This document shows positions 46,189 through 53,930 of a stretch of 64,000 nt of DNA, piece after piece; position 1 is the stretch's first letter; the number at the start of each line of letters is the position of its first letter. The position numbers and the translations under genes were made by a program. The notes beneath the pieces are model-generated. The model ran no database searches, was not told the origin of the DNA, and worked only from the letters and a program-made list of their open reading frames with translations. The stretch is from an uncultured Methanosarcinales archaeon (GTDB lineage Archaea > Nanobdellota > Nanobdellia > Woesearchaeales > ARS49): the NCBI GenBank assembly GCA_964637115.1, contig CAZWVL010000007.1, positions 13,041 to 77,040 on the forward strand, written 5' to 3'.

Positions 46189-46261
46189 CGCCGGGGCCGG
46201 GATTTGAACCCGGGTTGCAAGCGCGACAGGCTCGCGTGCTAGACCACTGCACTACCCCGGC
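46189..46261 (-). tRNA. tRNA-Asp (anticodon GUC), intron-less
   Basis: GCCGGGG-TA-GTGC-AGTGGTCTA-GCAC-G-CGAGC-CTGTCGC-GCTTG-CAAC-CCGGG-TTCAAAT-CCCGG-CCCCGGC-G, followed by TTTTT. Confidence 0.9.
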
Positions 46262-46287
46262 AGCAGTTTTGAGAGGGAAACACGTGG

Positions 46288-46295
46288 TTTATAAA
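46288..46295 (-). promoter_or_regulatory. TATA box (tttataaa) 27 nt upstream of the tRNA-Asp 5' end
   Basis: Implies a TSS about 4 nt before the mature 5' end. Confidence 0.65.
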
Positions 46296-46331
46296 TGTTA
46301 TGCGAGAATAATATACTGAAGAAAAGAGAAA

Positions 46332-46790
46332 TTACTCTGCGAACTCGTCTTCCAGATAAGCGAATCTGCAGGACGGGTCTGGCTCGACATCATCGGCAGG
46401 AACACGCACGGGCTGTTTGCTGGTTAGTCTCTTCCTCTCCACTGACTGCGGGTCATTCAAATAATTAACAATTCTTCTCATAGCGGTTTCTGAACCGCCC
46501 TCCACAGAAACCTGGTCTCCATTGCCTAACATGACCTTCGCGTGGTAGCCATACCTGCCGCCATAATTTATCGTCAATGTGGCCTCTGCAAGCGTACCAA
46601 CATTCGTTGCTTTCACGCTCAACACGCTGCCCTTAGTAGATTCTTCAACAATGCAGCCTAAATCATCTGACTTTTCCATAATGCCCAAAAATGCAGCAAT
46701 GCTTCCGCACGAAACGTTATTTTTCGGCTTTAACAAGCGCCCTTCTTTTGAGAAATCGTACGTTACAGTATCCAACCCAGTTATGCTCAT
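46332..46790 (-). CDS. Hypothetical protein, 152 aa
   Basis: ATG at 46790 is 6 nt after AGGTGA. No motif recognised. Confidence 0.6.
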   Translation of the reverse strand: MSITGLDTVTYDFSKEGRLLKPKNNVSCGSIAAFLGIMEKSDDLGCIVEESTKGSVLSVKATNVGTLAEATLTINYGGRYGYHAKVMLGNGDQVSVEGGSETAMRRIVNYLNDPQSVERKRLTSKQPVRVPADDVEPDPSCRFAYLEDEFAE

Positions 46791-46849
46791 CTTCACTCAC
46801 CTAATACCGTCGATAAAAAGTTATTATTTAAAAGCTTTATGACAGGAAA

Positions 46850-47683
46850 TTATATGGTTTTTAAAACAACTTTTGTAGACAACATACCGCACGCGGCATT
46901 CTTGTCAATGCCTTTTGTTGTTCTAATTATAGTCTTGTAGCCAGCATCAATTAACGTCTGTTTGAATGCCTTTGCAGACTCTTCTGACGGTCTTGTAAAT
47001 GAAATTCCTGTGACAGGATTGTATTGAATTAAATTAATAACTGTGTGTTTGAACGGCCTCAAAAGTTCTGCCAATTCTTTCGCATGCTCGATTTTATCAT
47101 TAACACCTGCTAGCAAGACATACTCTATCATTAGCGGACCGTGTTTTGAGAATGGGAAGTCCTTGCAGGCATCAAGCACTTCTTTAATCGAGTATTTTGC
47201 ATTTAATGGCACTATTTTGCTTCTTAGTTCGTCATTGGGAGCGTGCAGTGATAATGCCAGCTGGCACTGAGTATCTTTTCCCAATTGTCTGATTTTGTCC
47301 GGAATCCCGACGGTGGAAACAGTAATCTTTTGCCAGCTATAAGACTGTTTTCTGAACTCATTGACTGCCTTCACAACATTATCATAATTGTGCAACGGCT
47401 CGCCCATGCCCATAAAGACAATATTTGTAATCTTTTGCTCTGAGACGGACTGCATTAATGATAATTGGCCGACAATTTCTTCTGCTGACAAATGCTTCGA
47501 AAAACCCATTAATCCTGTTGCGCAGAAAGAACATTTCATTGCGCAGCCCACTTGAGAAGAAATGCAAGCACACAAAGTCCTTTTATGAGAAATAAGAACA
47601 CTTTCAACCTTTTTGCCGTCGGCTAATTCAATCAGGAATTTGCGGGTGCCGTCTGCGGATTTGACTTCGGAAGCGATATGCAT
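46850..47683 (-). CDS. Radical SAM RNA methyltransferase of the RlmN/Cfr family, lacking the usual N-terminal domain
   Basis: GCAMKCSFCATG (CxxxCxxC), MGMGEPLHNY, ALSLHAPNDELR, NAACGML. ATG at 47683 is 23 nt from TATA 47706-47713. Confidence 0.8.
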   Translation of the reverse strand: MHIASEVKSADGTRKFLIELADGKKVESVLISHKRTLCACISSQVGCAMKCSFCATGLMGFSKHLSAEEIVGQLSLMQSVSEQKITNIVFMGMGEPLHNYDNVVKAVNEFRKQSYSWQKITVSTVGIPDKIRQLGKDTQCQLALSLHAPNDELRSKIVPLNAKYSIKEVLDACKDFPFSKHGPLMIEYVLLAGVNDKIEHAKELAELLRPFKHTVINLIQYNPVTGISFTRPSEESAKAFKQTLIDAGYKTIIRTTKGIDKNAACGMLSTKVVLKTI

Positions 47684-47705
47684 ATGATAAATTCGAGAAC
47701 AAGAC

Positions 47706-47713
47706 TATAAATT
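47706..47713 (-). promoter_or_regulatory. TATA box (tataaatt) 23 nt upstream of leaderless ATG at 47683
   Basis: Fixed spacing. Confidence 0.6.
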
Positions 47714-47715
47714 AC

Positions 47716-48519
47716 TTACTTCTTTTGCTTAACCAGATAAGTCAATTGTCCTCCAGAAGAACTTTCAAACTGCTCATACGTACCACAGCCGGTAGAAGTT
47801 TCATTTTGACCTGAACGGTATATGCGTTCAGCATCCACAAAATTAGCAAGAGGCCGCAACACGCCATCGTCGTGTTTCTGAACAGGCAGTTTGCCACTGA
47901 TCAACAAATCATTCATAACTTGGCAATAGCCCCAGGAGAATTTGAGATTTTTAGCATTAATTTCTTTCAGCGACACTGCAACAATCTTACTTCCCCACTT
48001 CAAATTATCAGTAGTTAATTTTCCGTCAAATTCCACTATCAAATCCACAAGACTGCCAAACTCACCCTCAGATAACTGCTTTGTGAAAATAGTTGACCCA
48101 TACTTCAACGGATCTCTTGTAATCGGCGGATGAACAGTCATAAGATAATCAGCCGCGTGCTTCATGCCATCTAGAAAAACAGGAACAACTTGCTTTATTC
48201 TTGCAATACTGCCTGAATCATATTTTTTAACAACATCGGGTTCGCTCGCTATAAACTTCTCACCAAGCAAATCATTCAATGACTCAGGAGCTTCGTATGC
48301 CTTCCAGAATTCCTCAGAAATCTCGCGCCTTGCAGTATCCTCGGGAGAAAAATCATCATGAACGCCTTTTTCGCGATTGCCGCCTGCAAAATTTAGTCCG
48401 TTATCAAAGAAGGGAGCCTTATATTTAGCGTCCTTTTGCTCTAAAATAAAAGTAAGCCCATCCTTTGGATGGACAAAAAATGGTAATACCCCCGCACTAT
48501 GATGATTCACTGTATGCAT
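47716..48519 (-). CDS. Hypothetical protein, 267 aa, with a degenerate Nudix-box-like segment
   Basis: ..GGNREKGVHDDFSPEDTARREISEEF.. only loosely fits the Nudix box. ATG at 48519 is 23 nt from TATA 48542-48549. Confidence 0.6.
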   Translation of the reverse strand: MHTVNHHSAGVLPFFVHPKDGLTFILEQKDAKYKAPFFDNGLNFAGGNREKGVHDDFSPEDTARREISEEFWKAYEAPESLNDLLGEKFIASEPDVVKKYDSGSIARIKQVVPVFLDGMKHAADYLMTVHPPITRDPLKYGSTIFTKQLSEGEFGSLVDLIVEFDGKLTTDNLKWGSKIVAVSLKEINAKNLKFSWGYCQVMNDLLISGKLPVQKHDDGVLRPLANFVDAERIYRSGQNETSTGCGTYEQFESSSGGQLTYLVKQKK

Positions 48520-48541
48520 ACGCTTCTCGTCGAGGAATTAG

Positions 48542-48549
48542 TATAAAAA
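48542..48549 (-). promoter_or_regulatory. TATA box (tataaaaa) 23 nt upstream of leaderless ATG at 48519
   Basis: Fixed spacing. Confidence 0.6.
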
Positions 48550-48556
48550 TATTTCG

Positions 48557-49969
48557 CTACTTAAGTTCGCCAAATGCTATAGCATAAGTCGCTGCATAGG
48601 GACCAAGCACAATTGCCTGATTGGAAACAGCGTGCAGTGTTTTTTGCGCCATTTTCTCGTACTTGGGCTCTTTGGAGATTTCTGCAAGCATTTTCAACAC
48701 TAAAGCTGCAAATGCGTTATCCTCAACATTCTTCCTGCGCTCTTTCAGTTTTCCAACAGCATCTTTCGATGCAAGAACGTCATAAAATCCGCCGTTTTTC
48801 CTGTCATAGAACTTCTCCATTGCCTTTGCAACAATAAGCGCTTTTGTTTTCCATTCCAATCTATTTGTAACTTTAAACGCACGCACCAATGCAGCGAGCA
48901 AACACATATTATCCTTAAACAAGAACAACGGCTTTTCCGACGGATAACTGTGCGCCACACCACCACGCAAGTTCATCTTGTACAATGACTCGAGCAATTT
49001 CAGCCCAATATCGTTATATTTTTTATCCAATGTTCCTGCTTCGAACAATGCCATAGCCATTGCGACATTTGCATACGTGTAAATGGTTTTGTCAATAAAC
49101 GGCTGTTCGTGGCGCATACGCTCAGTCAATGGCAGCTTACAATACTGCTCATCAGCATCCTGACTACCATAAAACACGCCCTTATCGTGGTCGTACATCA
49201 CAGTGAAAAGCCAGAAAATCGTCTTATTGACCGCAGTCAGGTATTCCTTCCTGTCAAAAAACCTGCACGCATAGAAATAACAAGACAATATTCTAGCATT
49301 ATCCTCCAGCATCTTCTCAAAATGAGGAATAGTCCAATTCTGCCCGGTTGCGTATCTGTAGAAACCGCCGCCAACGTGGTCAAATATTTCACCATCAAGC
49401 ATTTTCTTGAAAGTAAAATCAAGCATCTTTTTCGCTTCGGTATCCTTATGCTTCATCACGCGCCAAATTAAATATTCAAGAATTTCAGGATGAGGAAACT
49501 TCGGCTCAAGACCAAAACCGCCATTGACTGGATCGTAATATGACTTTACAATAGTATAGAACTGCTGTTCATCAAATTCAACAGGCATTTCCTTCACTAT
49601 TTTCTTCTTTGAAGGCTTGTACTTCTTCGAACGACTGATAGCATCTTCCAGAAAATGAACCATATGCTCAGGAGGAACGTAAGTAGCCGCAGAAACAATT
49701 TCACCGTCAGCTGCAAGAATAGCAGTTGTCGGCCAGCCGCCGACGTTATAACGGTCGTTAATGTCAGGACGCAAATCCGTGTCAACGCGAATTGGAATAA
49801 AGTTTTTGCTTATGAATTCGATAATTTCCTTATTGGAATAAGTTAACCTGTCCATAGTGTGACACCAATGGCACCAGCGAGCAGAAATCCCAAGCAAAAC
49901 GGGCTTTTTCTCCTTCTTTGCTCTCAAAAAAGCAGCCTTGCTCCATTCCTGCCAGTTCAATCCTTCCAT
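48557..49969 (-). CDS. Thioredoxin-domain (DUF255/YyaL-like) protein with alpha/alpha-toroid C-terminal region
   Basis: KPVLLGISARWCHWCHTMD.. is the DUF255 signature. 470 aa. Confidence 0.75.
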   Translation of the reverse strand: MEGLNWQEWSKAAFLRAKKEKKPVLLGISARWCHWCHTMDRLTYSNKEIIEFISKNFIPIRVDTDLRPDINDRYNVGGWPTTAILAADGEIVSAATYVPPEHMVHFLEDAISRSKKYKPSKKKIVKEMPVEFDEQQFYTIVKSYYDPVNGGFGLEPKFPHPEILEYLIWRVMKHKDTEAKKMLDFTFKKMLDGEIFDHVGGGFYRYATGQNWTIPHFEKMLEDNARILSCYFYACRFFDRKEYLTAVNKTIFWLFTVMYDHDKGVFYGSQDADEQYCKLPLTERMRHEQPFIDKTIYTYANVAMAMALFEAGTLDKKYNDIGLKLLESLYKMNLRGGVAHSYPSEKPLFLFKDNMCLLAALVRAFKVTNRLEWKTKALIVAKAMEKFYDRKNGGFYDVLASKDAVGKLKERRKNVEDNAFAALVLKMLAEISKEPKYEKMAQKTLHAVSNQAIVLGPYAATYAIAFGELK

Positions 49970-51072
49970 AAGAACTTGTCCAACTTGCTTCTTGCCTTTT
50001 CGCGCTCTTTTTGATGCTGCGCGAGGAACTTAGCTATTTTATCAATCGCAATCTCTTTCAACTCAGAAGTCAACAACTTTCCAGACTTATAATCATCATA
50101 AATCTTTGCCAGCTTCTTGTCATCAGGCTCAAGACCATAACGCAGCATCTGGAAAGCAACATCAACATCAGGATTGCCGCCAAGCTTTCTGTGCTCCTCA
50201 ACAGTCTCCCTGCCTCCTGAAAACGCATACTTCTTGATTTTCCTTGCAGTCTCTTCAGGCGAATCAGTCAAAGCAATAAATGACATTGGGTCGGAAGACG
50301 ACATCTTGCCGCCTTTCAAGCCAGGCTGGAACAAATGATAAGTTGAGCTCAATTGTATGAATTTGAAAGTTTTCTGGCGCGCAGCAATATCACGAGCCAG
50401 ACGCAAATGAGGATCCTGGTCAACTCCCACAGGAACAACGGTAGGAATGGGACCTTCAAACTCGGGCAGCTGCGGATGCAGCATATCAGACGCCTGCAAT
50501 AATGAAGAAGCCATCTTAGCAGGAGAAATCTCGCCATAAACCGCCTTGAATTCATTAAAAGTAGCGTTGCGCGCAAGCATTTCTGCCAAAGAGTAATATG
50601 CACAAGATTTCTTCCCATCTTTAGAACGCTTTGACTGGAAGTAAAAATCACAATTCTTCGGCTCAAGACCAAGCGCAACATAGTTCAGCAAATATTCCTC
50701 AACAGCAGTTTTGTGCAGCTCAGCCATGTCAGGAGTGCGCGTGTTGAAAGCTTCAATGTCAGCAACAGCAACATATAATTTAGCGCCAAGCTGCTGATAG
50801 AAAATCATCTGGTCAGCAACCATCTTATGTCCAAAGTGGAACTTGCCAGAAGGCATCAAGCCAGTCATCATCACAAACGGCTGCTTTTTCTGCACAGCTT
50901 CCACAATTCTTCCAAAATCGCGCTGGGCGAAAATGATATTTCTTCTAAACAGAACATTGTCAAACTGCTTCGGCAGCTCGGGCATATGCTTCAACCCAAA
51001 CTCGTGGATTAAACGGTCATAATCAACACTGCCCTTAACTTCCCACGGCGTAATCACCTGCTTTTCGGCCAT
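49957..51072 (-). CDS. trpS: Tryptophanyl-tRNA synthetase (archaeal/eukaryotic type)
   Basis: VITPWEVKGSVDYDRLIHEFG, PSGKFHFGH (HIGH-like), KMSSSDP (KMSKS-like). ATG 23 nt from TATA 51095-51102. Confidence 0.9.
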   Translation of the reverse strand: MAEKQVITPWEVKGSVDYDRLIHEFGLKHMPELPKQFDNVLFRRNIIFAQRDFGRIVEAVQKKQPFVMMTGLMPSGKFHFGHKMVADQMIFYQQLGAKLYVAVADIEAFNTRTPDMAELHKTAVEEYLLNYVALGLEPKNCDFYFQSKRSKDGKKSCAYYSLAEMLARNATFNEFKAVYGEISPAKMASSLLQASDMLHPQLPEFEGPIPTVVPVGVDQDPHLRLARDIAARQKTFKFIQLSSTYHLFQPGLKGGKMSSSDPMSFIALTDSPEETARKIKKYAFSGGRETVEEHRKLGGNPDVDVAFQMLRYGLEPDDKKLAKIYDDYKSGKLLTSELKEIAIDKIAKFLAQHQKEREKARSKLDKFLWKD

Positions 51073-51094
51073 ACGAATAAGAGATTATTAAGAG

Positions 51095-51102
51095 TTTTAA
51101 AA
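51095..51102 (-). promoter_or_regulatory. TATA box (ttttaaaa, followed by ggtt) 23 nt upstream of leaderless trpS ATG
   Basis: Fixed spacing. Confidence 0.6.
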
Positions 51103-51137
51103 GGTTGCTATAAGCACGAGTTTTACTGAGAGAAAAG

Positions 51138-51812
51138 TCAAGATTTTTTGAAAGGCTGACAAAGTTCTTCGTATAATGGAGCCCAAAGGAATCCAAGGAA
51201 AAAACCAAAAACAACTTCTTCCAACGGCAGGTTAGCAATCAAAATACCGCTGAGTGCACTGAGATTCCATGTATTTGCAATCCAGCCAGGCGACAAAAAA
51301 TCAATCAAGGCCAAGGATAATGCATAAAAAACGCCAAATACGGCACCTCCAACTAACATGTGCCTTTGCAACTCAGGATAAACAATAAATGCAGTCAGCC
51401 CGCCTGCAAACATTGCAATTAAGAGAGGGTAAATAGTATTCCAGCCCAAAGGTGCCAGAAAAATAAAGGAAAAAAGCGCGACCAAAAGAGGAAGACAACG
51501 GCAGAAAGGATGACATTGCTTCGTAACTGCGGGCATCTTCTTTTTGAACAATCCTTCATATGCAAATGAAGCCAACCCTCCAAGGAAAAAACACCATGCA
51601 AAACTTTCAATAGCGACATGATATTTCAAGCCAAAATCAAAAAGAGTTTGAGGAGCCCAATAGCTCGGAATGAAATACATTTCAGTAATTCCAATGGGCA
51701 GAGCGAGCAAACTGCTCCAAAGCATTTTAATACGAAGCTGACTGTTTGATACAAATGCAACCAACCACAGGATTCCAATCGAAACATCCCACAGGAAATA
51801 CTCATAAGCCAT
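51138..51812 (-). CDS. Membrane protein with two lycopene-cyclase-type (CrtYc/Yd-like) domains, 224 aa
   Basis: Two repeats, ending ..VAIESFAWCFFLGG.. and ..NLPLEEVVFGFFLGF.. ATG is 5 nt after the stop of the FNR-like gene. Confidence 0.55.
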   Translation of the reverse strand: MAYEYFLWDVSIGILWLVAFVSNSQLRIKMLWSSLLALPIGITEMYFIPSYWAPQTLFDFGLKYHVAIESFAWCFFLGGLASFAYEGLFKKKMPAVTKQCHPFCRCLPLLVALFSFIFLAPLGWNTIYPLLIAMFAGGLTAFIVYPELQRHMLVGGAVFGVFYALSLALIDFLSPGWIANTWNLSALSGILIANLPLEEVVFGFFLGFLWAPLYEELCQPFKKS

Positions 51813-51817
51813 TCCAA

Positions 51818-52492
51818 TCACTCCCACTTATCCAAGAAAATATGCTCTTTCGGCTGACCAAGCTCAATTAATTTCTTCTCAACCTGCTCAACCATACTTG
51901 GAGGGCCGCACAAGTATACTTGATATCCTTTTTTGAAATACTTTTGTAAAAATGACTGCACTCTGCCGCGTTCACCTTCCCATTGTGGGAACTGATCCAG
52001 TGTAATTGTCGGAACCATCTTAAACTTTCCCTTCAAACTCTCAAATTCCTTTCTATAGATAAAATCTGAAGGCGTTTTTATGCTATAAATTAAGAGAACT
52101 TCCTTATTTTCTTTAAGCGCTTGATGAATCATAGGCCTAAAAGGAGCAATGCCTGTGCCGCCTGCGATAAAGAGATACTTTTCTGACGGTCTAAGCCAGA
52201 ACATTCCATACGGACCGTCGATATGGACAACGCTTCCTTCCTTCAAGTCCTGCAAGTGCGCACTAAGACCTTGGCCACGGGCAATGCACAATTCAACGTA
52301 ATCATCTTCCGGACACGACGCAATGGAAAAAGCTCTTCTCAACGGCTTGTTATTCGCGCCAATAAAATCATCACAATAAACACCAATCCACTGGCCTGGG
52401 CGGAATGGCATCTTGTCTGGCAAGGACAATCTCACCAACCGCACCTTAGGAGTTTCCTGAAGCACCTCTTTTACAGTTGCATCAACTTTCAT
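51818..52492 (-). CDS. FNR-like FAD/NAD(P)H oxidoreductase, 224 aa
   Basis: RRAFSIAS (RxYS-type FAD site), GGTGIAPFRPM, LCGPPSM. ATG at 52492 is 23 nt from TATA 52515-52522. Confidence 0.8.
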   Translation of the reverse strand: MKVDATVKEVLQETPKVRLVRLSLPDKMPFRPGQWIGVYCDDFIGANNKPLRRAFSIASCPEDDYVELCIARGQGLSAHLQDLKEGSVVHIDGPYGMFWLRPSEKYLFIAGGTGIAPFRPMIHQALKENKEVLLIYSIKTPSDFIYRKEFESLKGKFKMVPTITLDQFPQWEGERGRVQSFLQKYFKKGYQVYLCGPPSMVEQVEKKLIELGQPKEHIFLDKWE

Positions 52493-52514
52493 GGCACAAA
52501 AAACAGAAGACAAG

Positions 52515-52522
52515 TTTATAAA
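52515..52522. promoter_or_regulatory. Single palindromic TATA box (tttataaa) exactly 23 nt from both divergent leaderless start codons (52492 minus, 52545 plus)
   Basis: Counted directly: 52515-52492=23 and 52545-52522=23. Confidence 0.7.
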
Positions 52523-52544
52523 TGATTCTCTGAATTGCTCTCTT

Positions 52545-52865
52545 ATGCAATACATTTTAATTGCCACATCGCTACTCTTTATCGCGATTCTTCTTGAATA
52601 CATTTTCCGTGAAAAACTCTTTCATTCACTAAAAGAAAGGATAATCTGGGCAATGATTTTGCTCATAGTAGGAACAATATGGGACACTTACGCAGTAATC
52701 AATAATCATTGGGTGTTCCCAGGAAATGGAGTTATTGGAATAAACATAGGAATAGTGCCACTTGAAGAATACTTATGGTTTCTAATCGTCCCATACTTTT
52801 GCTTGACAGTCTACAAAACAACTCACATAATTTTTGACAAGAGGCGCACATGGAAGAAACACTGA
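52545..52865 (+). CDS. Lycopene-cyclase-domain protein (CrtYc-like), 106 aa
   Basis: ..WDTYAVINNHWVFPGNGVIGINIGIVPLEEYLWFLIVPY.., 3 TM segments. Confidence 0.6.
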   Translation: MQYILIATSLLFIAILLEYIFREKLFHSLKERIIWAMILLIVGTIWDTYAVINNHWVFPGNGVIGINIGIVPLEEYLWFLIVPYFCLTVYKTTHIIFDKRRTWKKH

Positions 52866-53152
52866 TTATAATAACCATGGCTGCCATAGCAATAACACTG
52901 CAAATAGTGTACCGAAAAAAACTTTACCACACGTGGAGAGAACGAATTACGGCAGCAGGCATAATATTCATAGTCCTAATACCCTGGGAATTTTATGCCC
53001 AAAAGTCAGGAATGTGGGTATTTCCAGGTCCGGGAATGATTGGCGTTCGTTTGTTCGGCTCACCCATCGAAGTTATAATCTTTTACATAATCGCGCCATA
53101 CTCCATATTTGTCCTATTTGAAACATTACACATATGGATGGACAAAAAATGA
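52850..53152 (+). CDS. Lycopene-cyclase-domain protein (CrtYd-like), 100 aa
   Basis: ..WEFYAQKSGMWVFPGPGMIGVRLFGSPIEVIIFYIIAPY.., a paralog of the preceding gene with a 16-nt overlap. Confidence 0.6.
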   Translation: MEETLIIITMAAIAITLQIVYRKKLYHTWRERITAAGIIFIVLIPWEFYAQKSGMWVFPGPGMIGVRLFGSPIEVIIFYIIAPYSIFVLFETLHIWMDKK

Positions 53153-53616
53153 CAGAAACAGCAACATTCGGCGCAGGATGCTTCTGGCACGTGGAAGAAG
53201 CATTCAGAGAAATAAAAGGAGTTGTGAAAACAGAAGTCGGCTATATGGGCGGCACGATGAAAAATCCTACATATGAAGATGTTTGTACTGATGAAACCGG
53301 CCACGCTGAAGTGGTGCAGGTGGAATTTGATCCAAAAATCGTTTCTTATGAGAAGTTGCTGGAAGTCTTCTGGAGCATACACGACCCGACTCAAAAGAAC
53401 AGACAAGGGCCTGATGAAGGAACACAATATAGGTCAGCAATATTTTACCATTCAGAAGAACAGAAAAAAGCAGCTGAAAAATCATTGAGAGAAATACAAA
53501 AAAAGTATAAAGAGAAAATAGCGACAGAAATAGTCAAAGCAAACACGTTCTACCGCGCAGAAGAATACCACCAGAAGTATTTGATGAAAAAAGGATTAAA
53601 GACGTGCGGGATTTAG
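53149..53616 (+). CDS. msrA: Peptide methionine-S-sulfoxide reductase MsrA
   Basis: ATFGAGCFWHVEEAF, GYMGG, HAEVVQVEFDP, YHQKYL. ATGA start/stop overlap with 52850-53152. Confidence 0.9.
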   Translation: MTETATFGAGCFWHVEEAFREIKGVVKTEVGYMGGTMKNPTYEDVCTDETGHAEVVQVEFDPKIVSYEKLLEVFWSIHDPTQKNRQGPDEGTQYRSAIFYHSEEQKKAAEKSLREIQKKYKEKIATEIVKANTFYRAEEYHQKYLMKKGLKTCGI

Positions 53617-53897
53617 TTCATAGAATGATCCAAGCGCGCCGTAACAAGAAACGCAAGATTACATTTGCCCTTGGCAGTTTCAACAACACCAGTAAACTTC
53701 TGACCGGTAAAACAACCAAGCAAACCGCTCTTTCCATCAGTCTTAATGACTGCCTCGTAGTCGGGCCTGACAATCTTTTTCTGCTTTTCATGTTTAACAT
53801 ACATTTCAACAGCCGCTTCAACTAGGTACAAGCGCTCCTCAAAAGGAATCCTCATTGGAGCAACCAAAAAAGCGTAGTCCCACCCATCATCTAGCAT
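53613..53897 (-). CDS. Hypothetical protein, 94 aa
   Basis: ATG at 53897 is 24 nt from tatataaa (53921-53928). Confidence 0.55.
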   Translation of the reverse strand: MLDDGWDYAFLVAPMRIPFEERLYLVEAAVEMYVKHEKQKKIVRPDYEAVIKTDGKSGLLGCFTGQKFTGVVETAKGKCNLAFLVTARLDHSMN

Positions 53898-53930
53898 TTT
53901 ATCGACGAGAAAAGAAGAACTATATAAACC

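Noticed and set aside
45878-46252. 124-aa ORF on the minus strand
   Set aside because: It overlaps almost all of tRNA-Asp. Its F/S/L-rich composition is typical of the antisense of an A-rich region.
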